Assembly (NCBI RefSeq): GCF_031769215.1
Contig: NW_026782140.1
Location: forward strand, 1,488,001-1,552,000
Reading direction: 5' to 3'
Source: Ylistrum balloti
Lineage: Eukaryota
DNA length: 64,000 nt
Of this stretch, positions 40,765-53,137 are shown in pieces; position 1 is the stretch's first letter, and every line of letters begins with the position of its first letter. The notes beneath the pieces were generated by a model. That model saw nothing but the letters and a program-made list of their open reading frames with translations. It ran no database searches and was not told where the DNA came from. The translations under genes and the position numbers were made by a program.

Positions 40765-43700
40765 CTGACCACTATGATGGACAGACTTACTACAGACATA
40801 ATGACCAGTATATATATATATATAAAATACTGACCACTATGATGGACAGACTTACTACAGACATAATAACCAGTATATATATATATATAAAATACTGACC
40901 ACTATGATGGACAGACTTACTACAGACATAATAACCAGTATATATATATATAAAATACTGACCACTATGATGGACAGACTTACTACAGACATAATCACCA
41001 GTATATATATATATACAATACTGACCACTATGATGGACAGACTTACTACAGACATAATAACCAGTATATATATATATAAAATACTGACCACTATGATGGA
41101 CAGACTTACTACAGACATAATCACCAGTATATATATATATACAATACTGACCACTATGATGGACAGACTTTCTTCAGACATAATAACCAAGTCTGTTTCA
41201 GAACTGAAGTTTTTATCTTGAAGAAGATCAATGACAGATAAATTTGGTTTAATTTAGATAGACGTACTAATTTTCTTATATTTACTGTAATATGTACCAA
41301 AATTTTGTGTGTAATGAGATGTATGTTTGAAGGAATACGCTGCCAATGACCTAGAGAGGAACATGCTGGAGGAATACATTGAGAGTTTCACCTCGGGATC
41401 TATACCCTCACACAAAAACGGGTCGAGACATTGGATCAAAAACACAGGTCCTATTGTGGAAACGTAAGTATTATATAACTTTGACAGTAGATATGTACAT
41501 CAGATCACAAATCATTTTCTAATGTTGGGTTCTGGATTACATTTAGCAAGCTTGTCACATGATGTTCAGTGAAGCCAACCAGAAGGAAATCCTACATCAA
41601 ATTGCCCATTCCTGTTAACAGGGCAGTATAAACACAGCAAAGCAATCTTTTTCGACTAGATTATAATTGACCTTTACTTATAATGGCCCTAAATGCTATT
41701 TTTTATTCGTAGTTTGAACGATATTAAAGATATATATTTTGTAGAACAATCCTTTTTATACACCCGTCGGGACATGTTATATTTTCACGTGGGCGGGCAG
41801 GCCGCTGCACATAGGTTTCCATTTAATAACTTGAAGAATTTTTTACAGATTAATTTCAAACTTCGTATGAAGATTTATTACCATAAAAGCCAGATCAAGT
41901 TCGATAACCAACATTTTTCGCCCATTATTTACAGAGTTATGGCTCTTCGTACATTTGCAAAATAGGTTTCCGATCGATAACTTGTCAAATTTTTTACAGT
42001 TTAATTGGAAACTTCACATAAAGGTTTATTACCATAAAAGCCAGAGCCAGGTCAAGATCAATAACCAAAATTTTTCGCCCATTATTTACAGAGTTATGGC
42101 CCTTGGTACATTTGCAAAATAGGTTTCCCCTCAATAACTTGAGTAATTTTTCATTTATTAATTTGAAACTTCATATGAAGGTTTATTACAAAAATAGTTT
42201 TTGACAGGCGTATATTGTTCCGCCCTGCAGTACTCTTGTTTTTTGTGCATTTTTGTTTCAGTATTTTCATTCCTTCATGTTCACAGGTACATTGGCTTCA
42301 TTGAATCATACAGAGACCCATTTGGAATGAGGGGCGAGTTTGAGGGTAGGTCAAATGATATTCAAATGGAGGAGAGAGGTTGAGGGTAGAAAACTGATAT
42401 TCAAATTGAGGAGAGAGTTTGAGGGTAGAAAATAGGTATTTAAATTGAGGCAGGGGAGTTTGAAGTAGGTCAATTGATATTCACAATGAAGGCAGTGTTT
42501 GAGGGTAGGTCAGTGGATATTCAAAATGAGGGGAGCATTGGAGGGTAGGTCAGTGAATATTCAAAAGGAAGGGAGTGTTTGAGGGTAGGTCAGTGGATAT
42601 TCAAAAGGAAGGGAGTGTTTGAGGGTAGGTCAGTGGATCTTCACAATGAGGGGAGTGTTTAAGGGTAGGTCAGTGGATCTTCACAATGAGAGGAGTGTTT
42701 GAGAGTAGGTCAGTGAATATTCAAAAGGAAGGGAGTGTTTGAGGGTAGGTCCGTGAATATTCAAAAGGAAGGGAGTGTTTGAGGGTAGGTCAGTAAATAT
42801 TCAAAAGGAAGTGAGTGTTTGAGGGTAGGTCAGTGAATATTCAAAAGGAAGGGAGTGTTTGAGGGTAGGTCAGTGGATATTCAAAAGGAAGGGAGTGTTT
42901 GAGGGTAGGTCCGTGAATATTCAAAAGGAAGGGAGTGTTTGAGGGTAGGTCAGTGAATATTCAAAAGGAAGGGAGTGTTTGAGGGTAGGTCAGTAAATAT
43001 GCACAATGAGTTGAGTGTTTGAGGGTAGGTCAGTGGATCTTCACAATGAGGGGAGTGTTTGAGGGTAGGTCAGTAGATCTTCACAATGAGGGGAGTGTTT
43101 GAGGGTAGGTCAGTAGATCTTCACAATGAAGGAAGTGTTTGAGGGTAGGTCAGTAGATCTTCACAATGAGGGGAGTGTTTGAGGGTAGGTCAGTAGATCT
43201 TCACAATGAGGGGAGTGTTTGAGGGTAGGTCAGTAGATCTTCACAATGAGGGGAGTGTTTGAGGGTAGGTCAGTTGATCTTCACAATGAGGGGAGTGTTT
43301 GAGGGTAGGTCAGTAGATCTTCACAATGAGGGGAGTGTTTGAGGGTATGTCAGTAGATCTTCACAATGAAGGAAGTGTTTGAGGGTAGGTCAGTAGATCT
43401 TCACAATGAGGGGAGTGTTTGAGGGTAGGTCAGTAGATCTTCACAATGAGGGGAGTGTTTGAGGGTAGGTCAGTAGATCTTCACAATGAAGGAAGTGTTT
43501 GAGGGTAGGTCAGTAGATCTTCACAATGAGGGGAGTGTTTGAGGGTAGGTCAGTGGATCTTCACAATGAGGGGAGTGTTTGAGGGTAGGTCAGTAGATCT
43601 TCACAATGAAGGAAGTGTTTGAGGGTAGGTCAGTGGATCTTCAAATCAAGAGTAGTGTTTTAAGGTAGGTATTTTGATATTCCAACCATGTGTACCTCTA

Positions 43701-46700
43701 CCAGATGTTTATTTGATCATTTTATTTACTGATGACAAGCTAAAGAATGGGTATAGCTAGTTTCAGTGAAACAGACAACTATAAAAACTGGATATGCCAC
43801 CTGGAATTACATCAGAAGTTTTTGTCACTATTGGTGTTGTAGATGAAATTATTTATCGTGTCAGGTTTTGTGGCCGTAGTTAATAAAGAGATGAGTGCCA
43901 AGTTCACCAATCTTGTCACCAACGCAGAGAAGTTTCTACCACTGTTGCCATGGCCAGCATCATTTGAGAAGGACAAATTCTTACGACCTGACTTCACCTC
44001 TCTTGACGTCCTTGCATTTGGAGGATCTGGCATTCCAGCAGGAATCAACATTCCAAACTGTAAGTCAGACTCATGTCTTAAAAGAATCCTGACTTTATCT
44101 GAAAAAAATTAACTGATGTACTCTATAGCATGCTATTGTCATGGGGATGATAATTTTGCTAGTCCGTGGTACAGGAAAATGATTATGAAAAATTAAGTCT
44201 GGAAATAATGAGACACATGGGTATAAGGAAATAGAGACACATGGGTATAAGGAAATAATGAGATACATGGGTATAAGGAAATAATGAGACACATGGGTAT
44301 AAGGAAATATTGAGACACTTGGGTATAAGGAAATATTGAGACACTTGGGTATAAGGAAATATTGAGACACTTGGGTATAAGGAAATATTGAGACACTTGG
44401 ATATAAGGAAATATTGAGACATGTAAGGATAAGGAAATAATGAGACACATGGGTATAAGGAAATATTGAGACACATGGGTATAAGGAAATATTGAGACAC
44501 TTGGATATAAGAAAATATTGAGACATGTAAGGATAAGAAAATAATGAAACACATGAGTATAAAGAAATAATGAGACACATGGGTATAAGGTGTCCTTTTA
44601 CATGAAGATCATGAAATTTCAATCCATTGAAATATAATTTTGATTGTTTTAAAAGAAATCTGCAGAACTTTTCATTTGTAGGTTTTGTTTTAGGGAAACA
44701 GCATGTCCTAGATATTTATACGTGCTGAGTGGTTGTTTGTACAGCTATATTATAGGTATATACATATATATTACATGCATACATGCTGACCTCTAGTTAT
44801 GGCTTGTTTTATGGATTTTTCTCTATACAACATGAAATCAGACGATGACATCCGCCAATCAGAGGGATTTAAGAATGTGTCTCTGGGAAATGTCATAGTA
44901 TCTGCCTACAAGGACACCATGGACAAGATCAGCTTTCTGGCTGAGGAGGACAAGGTCAGTTTATTTAGGATCAGAGTTCGTCAATATATCCATACCCAAT
45001 GATAAAGTTTGTGAATCTAGTTTTCAGGATCACAGTGTGTATATTTTGTATCATTAATAGTTTGTGATGAAGAAATTATCAATTATGTGAAAATATGCAT
45101 TTTTACCATTTTTTAAAAAAGTAACTGACTTTTTGCTTGCAGGAATTATTTGTTAATCTGAAGACAACTACATTTGAAGTCCAAGTGGGTTTACACGAAC
45201 TACTCGGCCATGGTAGTGGAAAGTTGTTTGTCAAGGTGGGTGTTTTTTGTAGTACTCTTGTTACAATCACTGTTAATGTTGAATACACAAAGGCCTCTCA
45301 TAGTTCTCCTGACAAGTTCTATTGAATACAATTAATTTTGGATATACCATGGGGTGGTGGACAGCTGTCTGAGTCAAGATGAATCAAGTTTTTCCATATA
45401 AGTGACTAATAACTAATATCTGAATATTCATTTACACAGGATAAAGAAGGAAATCTCAACTTTGATGTGGCATCAGTGACTGACCCAGAAACAAATAAAA
45501 AGGTGGGTAACACACTGCATGATATTATACTACCACTGTTGTATTTGTAGGATATGTCTAACAGTACCTGTTAATGAGGGAAAGTAACATTGTTACCAGT
45601 ATTACATTTGTAGGATATGTCTAACAGTACCTGTTTATGAGGGAAAGTAACATTGTTACCAGTATTACATTTGTAGGATATGTCTAACAGTACCTGTTTA
45701 TGAGGGAAAGTAACATTGTTACCAGTATTACATTTGTAGGATATGTCTAACGGTGCCTGTTTATGAGGGAAAGTAACATTGTTACCAGTGTTACATTTGT
45801 AGGATATGTCTAACAGTACCTGTTTATGAGGGAAAGTAACATTGTTACCAGTATTACATTTGTAGGATATGTCTAACAGTACCTGTTTATGAGGGAAAGT
45901 AACATTGTTACCAGTGTTACATTTGTAGGATATGTCTAACAGTACCTGTTTATGAGGGAAAGTAACATTGTTACCAGTATTACATTTGTAGGATATGTCT
46001 AACAGTACCTGTTTATGAGGGAAAGTAACATTGTTACCAGTGTTACATTTGTAGGATATGTCTAAAAGTACCTGTTTATGAGGGAAAGTAACATTGTTAC
46101 CAGTATTACATTTGTAGGATATGTCTAACGGTACCTGTTAATGAGGGAAAGTAACATTGTTACCAGTATTACATTTGTAGGATATGTCTAACAGTACCTG
46201 TTTATGAGGGAAAGTAACATTGTTACCAGTGTTACATTTGTAGGATATGTCTAACAGTACCTGTTTATGAGGGAAAGTAACATTGTTACCAGTATTACAT
46301 TTGTAGGATATGTCTAACAGTACCTGTTTATGAGGGAAAGTAACATTGTTACCAGTATTACATTTTCAGGATATGTCTAACAGTACCTGTTTATGAGGGA
46401 AAGTAACATTGTTACCAGTATTACATTTGTAGGATATGTCTAAAAGTACCTGTTTATGAGGGAAAGTAACATTGTTACCAGTGTTACATTTGTAGGATAT
46501 GTCTAAAAGTACCTGTTTATGAGGGAAAGTAACATTGTTACCAGTGTTACATTTGTAGGATATGTCTAACAGTACCTGTTTATGAGGGAAAGTAACATTG
46601 TTACCAGTATTACATTTGTAGAATATATATAATACTACCTGTTTAAGAGAGGCAGTAACACTTGTTACAGATAGAAAAGTAGTTTTGATAAGGAACATGG

Positions 46701-49700
46701 ACAAATAAATAATGTTTACATCCAAACTTGATTTTTTCAGGTAGAGAAGTGGTATGAACACAATGAGTCGTGGGATGGCAAATTTACCACCATAGCTTCC
46801 AGTTACGAAGAATGTCGTGCTGAATGTGTTGGAATCTACCTTTGTCTTTCTGCAGAGGTCCTAAGGTATCAGTAGACAACTGAAGTACAGTCAAACTTTT
46901 ATGAATCGAACTTCGATGTTTTGAATTTCTCAATGTATCAAAGTTTTTGTGTGTTCCCGATATTTAAACCTACATATTACTACTAACTTACCCCTCTATG
47001 AATTGAGTTTTATAAATAGAACTTTACAATGTATGGAAGTTTTTGCAGGGACCATTAGCTATGATAACAATGTAACTGACACCTCATGAATTGAGTTTTA
47101 TAAATAGAACTTTACAATGTATGGAAGTTTTTGCAGGGACCATAAGCTATGATAACAATGTAACTGACACCTCATGAATTGAGTTTTATAAATAGAACTT
47201 TACAATGTATGGAAGTTTTTGCAGGGACCATAAGCTATGATAACAATGTAACTGACACCTCATGAATTGAACAAAATATTTACCTGTATGGATTCTTTCA
47301 ACCCACAGCAAAATTTCAGATATTGTTATCTTACAATGAAATTACAATAGCACGCTATTATCAGCTCTGTGTTACGAGGTAAATTAATGCCTGGACAAAG
47401 ATTAAGATTTAGTTGCTTACTTACATGCCATGATATTTAATCGATGGTAATCGTATGATGTTTATGCTGCCATTGTATTGATGGCATGCAGTTAGGTCTA
47501 ATTTATGGAATTGTGAAAACAACAGGAGGAAATCCTATTACTTGTATGATGATTTCACTAAGTCTCGAAGCGTCTAGAGGTTCTGTAGATATACAGTGTT
47601 TCTGAAGGCTTGGAGATAGGCAGTGTTTCATTTAAACCTCAGTAAATCTCACCTTTTTCTTTGTTGTCAGAATCTTTGGCCATACTGATGATGCTGCTGA
47701 TGATGTAATATACATCAACTGGCTGAATATGGTCCGTGCTGGTCTGCTGGCTCTCGAGTTCTACTCTCCAGAAACAGGTGCTTGGAGACAAGTTAGTACT
47801 TTCTTACACAATAAGTACTTTTGACATTCCTAGTTCTCAAGGAACTTACTTACCAGCAACAAAACACATTACATTTCAAAATGTCATGTGTTAGATGACA
47901 AATTAGAAATTTGTGATTCAGAGAGTGTGACTTTATTACTGTATTTTGTAGAACCACAGCAGGCCTGATTTGTGATCCTGAGAGTGTGACTCTATTACCT
48001 GTATTTTGTAGAACCACAGCAGGCCTGATTTGTGATCCTGAGAGTGTGACTTTATTACCTGTATTTTGTAGAACCACAGCAGGCCTGATTTGTGATCCTG
48101 GGAGTGTGACTCCATTACTGTATTTTGTAGAACCACAGCAGGCCTGATTTGTGATCCTGAGAGTGTGACTTTATTACTGTATTTTGTAGAACCACAGCAG
48201 GCCTGATTTGTGATCCAGAGAGTTTGACTCTATTACAGTATTTTGTAGAACCACAGCAGGCCTGATTTGTGATCCTGAGAGTGTGACATTATTACTGTAT
48301 TTTGTAGAACCACAGCAGGCCTGATTTGTGATCCTGAGAGTGTGACTCTATTACAGTATTTTGTAGAACCACAGCAGGCCTGATTTGTGATCCTGAGAGT
48401 GTGACTCTATTACCTGTATTTTGTAGAACCACAGCAGGCCTGATTTGTGATCCTGAGAGTGTGACTCTATTACCTGTATTTTGTAGAACCACAGCAGGCC
48501 TGATTTGTGATCCTGAGAGTGTGACTTTATTACCTGTATTTTGTAGAACCACAGCAGGCCTGATTTGTGATCCTGAGAGTGTGACTCTATTACTGTATTT
48601 TGTAGAACCACAGCAGGCCTGATTTGTGATCCTGAGAGTGTGACTCTATTACTGTATTTTGTAGAACCACAGCAGGCCTGATTTGTGATCCTGAGAGTGT
48701 GACTGAGAGTGTGACTCTATTACTGTATTTTGTAGAACCACAGCAGGCCTGATTTGTGATCCTGAGAGTGTGACTCTATTACTGTATTTTGTAGAACCAC
48801 AGCAGGCCTGATTTGTGATCCTGAGAGTGTGACTCTATTACCTGTATTTTGTAGAACCACAGCAGGCCTGATTTGTGCTCCTGAGAGTTTGACTCTATTA
48901 CCTGTATTTTGTAGAACCACAGCAGGCCTGATTTGTGCTCCTGAGAGTTTGAATCTATTACCTGTATTTTGTAGAACCACAGCAGGCCTGATTTGTGCTC
49001 CTGAGAGTTTGAATATATTACCTGTATTTTGTAGAACCACAGCAGGCCTGATTTGTGATCCTGAGAGTGTGACTCTATTACCTGTATTTTGTAGAACCAC
49101 AGCAGGCCTGATTTGTGCTCCTGAGAGTTTGAATCTATTACCTGTATTTTGTAGAACCACAGCAGGCCTGATTTGTGATTTTGAGCCAACAGTATAGTTG
49201 TAACACAATGTTATTGAATTTAACATGTTGATGTTTTGTTAACTTTATTTCTATAACATCATTTTTGTTTTTATCATTTGATAATTGTTTCCACTACTAC
49301 TACTACTGCTATTATTTAGAGGGCTTTAATACCCATTTATGTATTTTAGGCTCACATGCAGGCCCGATTTGTGATCCTAAGGGTGTTGCTGGAGGCTGGT
49401 AAGGGACTGGTCACAATAAAATACTTCACTGCTGCTGATGGAAGCGAGGACATGTTGCTCAAGTTGGATCGCAGTAAGATCATCTCTGTTGGCAAACCAG
49501 CTATTGGTGACTTCCTCAGGAAGCTTCAGGTAGGTTTTTCATGTTGACTATAAAATTTGTTAGCAAAGGTAGAATCCCCTGTACTGGTATTTCAAAGAAA
49601 AATGAGATACAATGTATATTTCATTATAATTTTTATGGAACAGACTTTAACTTTTCTGCATTTCATCTTTTCTTGTAAAGGAATTTTTCATTGTATACTA

Positions 49701-51231
49701 ATTAAGTCTTAATGCAAGATGTCAATTAAATGGTTAGTATACAACACTGACCTCAATGTATAAACCAGGTTTACAAGTCCAGTAGTGACCTCGATGTGTA
49801 AACCAGGTTTACATGTCCAGTAGTGACCTTGATGTGTAAACCAGGTTTACAAGTCCAGTAGTGACCTCGATGTGTAAACCAGGTTTACATGTCCAGTAGT
49901 GACCTCGATGTGTAAACCAGGTTTACATGTCCAGTAGTGACCTTGATGTGTAAACCAGGTTTACATGTCCAGTAGTGACCTCGATGTGTAAACCAGGTTT
50001 ACATGTCCAGTAGTGACCTTGATGTGTAAACCAGGTTTACATGTCCAGTAGTGACCTTGATGTATAAACCAGGTTTACATGTCCAGTAGTGACCTTGATG
50101 TGTAAACCAGGTTTACATGTCCAGTAGTGACCTAGATGTATAAACCAGGTTTACATGTCCAGTAGTGACCTCGATGTGTAAACCAGGTTTACATGTCCAG
50201 TAGTGACCTTGATGTGTAAACCAGGTTTACATGTCCAGTAGTGACCTCGATGTATAAACCAGGTTTACATGTCCAGTAGTGACCTCGATGTGTAAACCAG
50301 GTTTACATGTCCAGTAGTGACCTCGATGTATAAAACAGGTTTACATGTCCATTAGTGACCTCGATGTATAAACCAGGTTTACATGTCCAGTAGTGACCTC
50401 GATGTATAAACCAGGTTTACATGTCCAGTAGTGACCTTGATGTGTAAACCAGGTTTACATGTCCAGTAGTGACCTTGATGTATAAACCAGGTTTACATGT
50501 CCAGTAGTGACCTTGATGTGTAAACCAGGTTTACATGTCCAGTAGTGACCTTGATGTATAAACCAGGTTTACATGTCCAGTAGTGACCTCGATGTGTAAA
50601 CCAGGTTTACATGTCCAGTGGTGACCTCGATGTGTAAACCAGTTTTACATGTCCAGTAGTGACCTTGATGATATCATAGTAACAAAGTTAATAAGTCTAA
50701 TAGCAACCTTTATGATATTGTTTTAACCAGGTGTACAAGTCCACAGGTGATGTTGAGGCAGGAAAGGCCTTGTATTTATACTACTCAGATGTACATGATC
50801 GCGAGGAACCCCACTTTTTGACGAGACGTGCCACTGTCCTTGCCAGGAAACAGCCAAGGAAAATGTTTGTCCAGCACAACACTGTCGTCAATGGTATGTA
50901 AATGCACATGTGAATTTTAACCAAAATTTTCTATTTATGTGAAAAAATTGGAGAAATTATATTTTTTCCACCAAATTCGAAATTGACATGATTTGTATCG
51001 GTGACGGATATTATATCAAATGTAGGCAATATCATAAATTTGAAACATGATAATATTCAGCTAGAAGTGCCAAATTTGTGTTTTTTTTCTTTTTCAGGCA
51101 GCACAGTAGATCTGAAGAGTTATGACTCAAATGTGACTGGTCTCATCCAATCCTTCGCTGATCGTTTCCCTTCCACTGATGTTGATACCATTATACAGGG
51201 GCTGTGGGAGAAAGACAAACCATACTTCTAA
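31766..51231 (+). CDS. DPP3: Dipeptidyl peptidase 3 (M49 zinc peptidase), 731 aa, 18 coding exons
   Basis: Exons: 31766-31921, 33008-33127, 34219-34308, 36133-36270, 37940-38014, 38507-38597, 40274-40422, 41333-41463, 42287-42345, 43865-44059, 44842-44954, 45143-45235, 45440-45502, 46741-46865, 47671-47791, 49350-49529, 50731-50893 and 51098-51231. All junctions are GT-AG and the total is 2196 nt in frame. Motifs include [46 protein letters not shown] (45194-45211), EECRAE and AHMQARF. Confidence 0.97.
31960..32885. repeat. 60-bp minisatellite in DPP3 coding intron 1, about 15 copies
   Basis: Unit gtaagttatagatgtaggtgaaccatggttcaggtcagtcatcagtaaattatgatactg. Confidence 0.95.
33815..34205. 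repeat. Minisatellite of about 32-39 bp abutting the acceptor of DPP3 coding exon 3
   Basis: Unit aaatgaaggaatttgtaactacctgtacc(taatg)tata, about 11 copies. Confidence 0.9.
34325..35860. repeat. 28-bp minisatellite just after the donor of DPP3 coding exon 3, about 55 copies
   Basis: Unit tataact(a/g)catatcaatacacatgtgta. Confidence 0.95.
36900..37855. repeat. Minisatellite of about 41-47 bp with a variable (TA)n tract
   Basis: Unit atgtacagtgtagtgtatccatggtagaaacctata(ta)n. Confidence 0.9.
40575..41190. repeat. About 61-bp minisatellite with an embedded (TA)n tract
   Basis: Unit (ta)n-aaatactgaccactatgatggacagacttactacagacataat(c/a)accag, about 10 copies. Confidence 0.9.
41745..42245 (+). 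mobile_element. Non-autonomous Helentron/HINE-like element in DPP3 coding intron 8
   Basis: It starts tttttatacacccg, has a ggcgggcaggc microsatellite-like tract, carries a duplicated internal block (ataggtttcc...ataaccaa...tttttcgcccattatttacagagttatggc) and ends gtactcttgtttttt. Confidence 0.55.
42346..43670. repeat. 40-bp minisatellite starting at the donor of DPP3 coding exon 9, about 33 copies
   Basis: Unit gagggtaggtcagt(a/g)gatcttcacaatgaggggagtgttt. Confidence 0.95.
44200..44590. repeat. 26-bp minisatellite, about 14 copies
   Basis: Unit gagacac(a/t)tgggtataaggaaata(a/t)t. Confidence 0.9.
45540..46625. repeat. 63-bp minisatellite, about 17 copies
   Basis: Unit gatatgtctaacagtacctgtttatgagggaaagtaacattgttaccagtattacatttgtag. 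Confidence 0.95.
46999..47272. repeat. 88-bp tandem repeat, 3 copies
   Basis: tgaattgagttttataaatagaactttacaatg...gacacctca, period checked at 46999/47087. Confidence 0.9.
47905..49185. repeat. About 60-bp minisatellite upstream of DPP3 coding exon 16, about 21 copies
   Basis: Unit tattacctgtattttgtagaaccacagcaggcctgatttgtgatcctgagagtgtgactc. Confidence 0.95.
49755..50670. repeat. 38-bp minisatellite upstream of DPP3 coding exon 17, about 24 copies
   Basis: Unit gt(g/a)taaaccaggtttaca(t/a)gtccagtagtgacct(t/c)gat. Confidence 0.95.
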
Positions 51232-53137
51232 TATATGTCTCCGTGGTTAGAAGTACTGAGATTTCCCTCCAACTTCAGTCAGGAAATCTGACAAAAGTGC
51301 TATGTAGTGAGGACTTTGTGTAAAGAACCATGTTAATGGTTTCATTCTTGCAGATATTCAGATATTCATTTAAAAACTATTTTTTCAGAGCCTCTTTATT
51401 AGTTCTGGATGTATGTGCTGTGTACAGAGGAATGTGTGAATCATTTTTTAGACTATGATTTAACAGATATGACCAATGGCTGCTCAGAGATTTGTTTGTA
51501 TTTATAGTAACCATGTTCCTCATGTTTTTGATGGTATATTTTATATATTTTACTTTATATTTCTACAGAAAGATTTATATTGTCTGGACTGTGTATATAT
51601 TCAGGGACTGAGAGTTGCATCTCGTTAAAATATGAATTCCAGCCTGATGTATCGACCCCTAAAACAGATAAGGATGGATTGATAACAGATTTAGATTAAA
51701 ATGTTTTTAGGTGGCAGGTTTTGTTAATCAACAATTAAGCAAAAATGTCATATTTATGCCGATAACTACGTATTCAGACTTTTTAAGTCCCCAATCAGGA
51801 ACGGGGTGGATGGGGTTGCGGATTTTTTATTTGTCCATCTCTCCTTTCATTCCTCCATATTTCTATCCTTCCTTCTACAGTTCTTGTTCTGCCCTTTACC
51901 TTGTCTTGGCTTAGTCTCCTACATTACACTACATGTCACTCCATACTTAAAGCATGGGTTTACGTAAGTGAGATTGGGGGGAGGGGGGTGTCATACATGA
52001 AAACTATGCCACTCTGTCCTACATTTTGACCTTTGACATACATCTCACAGAAAGAATCTTGGCTCCACTTTCTAAACTACTTATCACTGAAACTTTATAC
52101 TGAGGGCTTGGGTTGATCAGGATAAGGCAGTTTAACAAACCAAAATAAGGTCCTTTCAGTGAACTTTAAAACAAAATTTTCCCCAGGCTCCATTTCCTTC
52201 ACAACTTGTCACTAGAACTTGAGAGTGTGTCATTTATCAAAAGTAGGTCACTACCTTTTTCTTTAGACTTGAAATAGGTGATACCATTTTTATAAAAATT
52301 AAACAACAAGATACATGGAATTCATGGTGTCACTGAGGGTGATTTGATTGTAAAATGGAAGAAATATTTGCATTAGTAGCACTGACTATTGTTGTATATG
52401 GTTGAACATTCTATGTTTAGAATTAGTTCCTGCACACATTTTTCATCTGTGCATTCTTAGTTTATAATTTCACCTTTGGTGGGGGATTTTAATACTCCAT
52501 ATTGTCTTGTTTCATTTCAGATAACATTTTAACATCAAACCATTAATACATGATCATGGTGGAGAAGCCAAACATCATGTCAGAGTTTTGACTAATCCAA
52601 CTAGCAGCATTTAACTTCATTCTAACAAATACCACAACCTGTAACTTTTGATTGGAAACTATTGGGGTGGGAGGCAGGTTACTTGAGAGTTACAAGCTTG
52701 TGAAAGATTACTTTTGTTTTATAAATCAGTTGTTATTCTGCGACAATAAAACACGTGTTTGTCCAATTACATTTCTGTGTTCTGTCAGAAACTTGAACCT
52801 TATGTCTTTTACTGTTGGTATAAATGTTGAAGCTTTGCTGTCAAGCGTTATATTGGTTGAAACACAATGCCGTGTGTTTGCCTGGAAGACACTGTCATTT
52901 ATATTGACTGTAAATGCAATAAGACAGCTCAATACTTAAATTACCTACCCATTTTGTTGTCCTATGCTAATTATAACTTTATTTAACACACAGACTTACA
53001 TAGATATAGATCTGTGTTAAACTAGAGTGCACTATTCATTACTGACAATCAGCCAAGAAGAACTTCTGTTTTGGGTTTGAATGTCACTGCTTGTGTGCCC
53101 GAAATGCTTGCATCATGATAGTCACATGCTGGATGGC

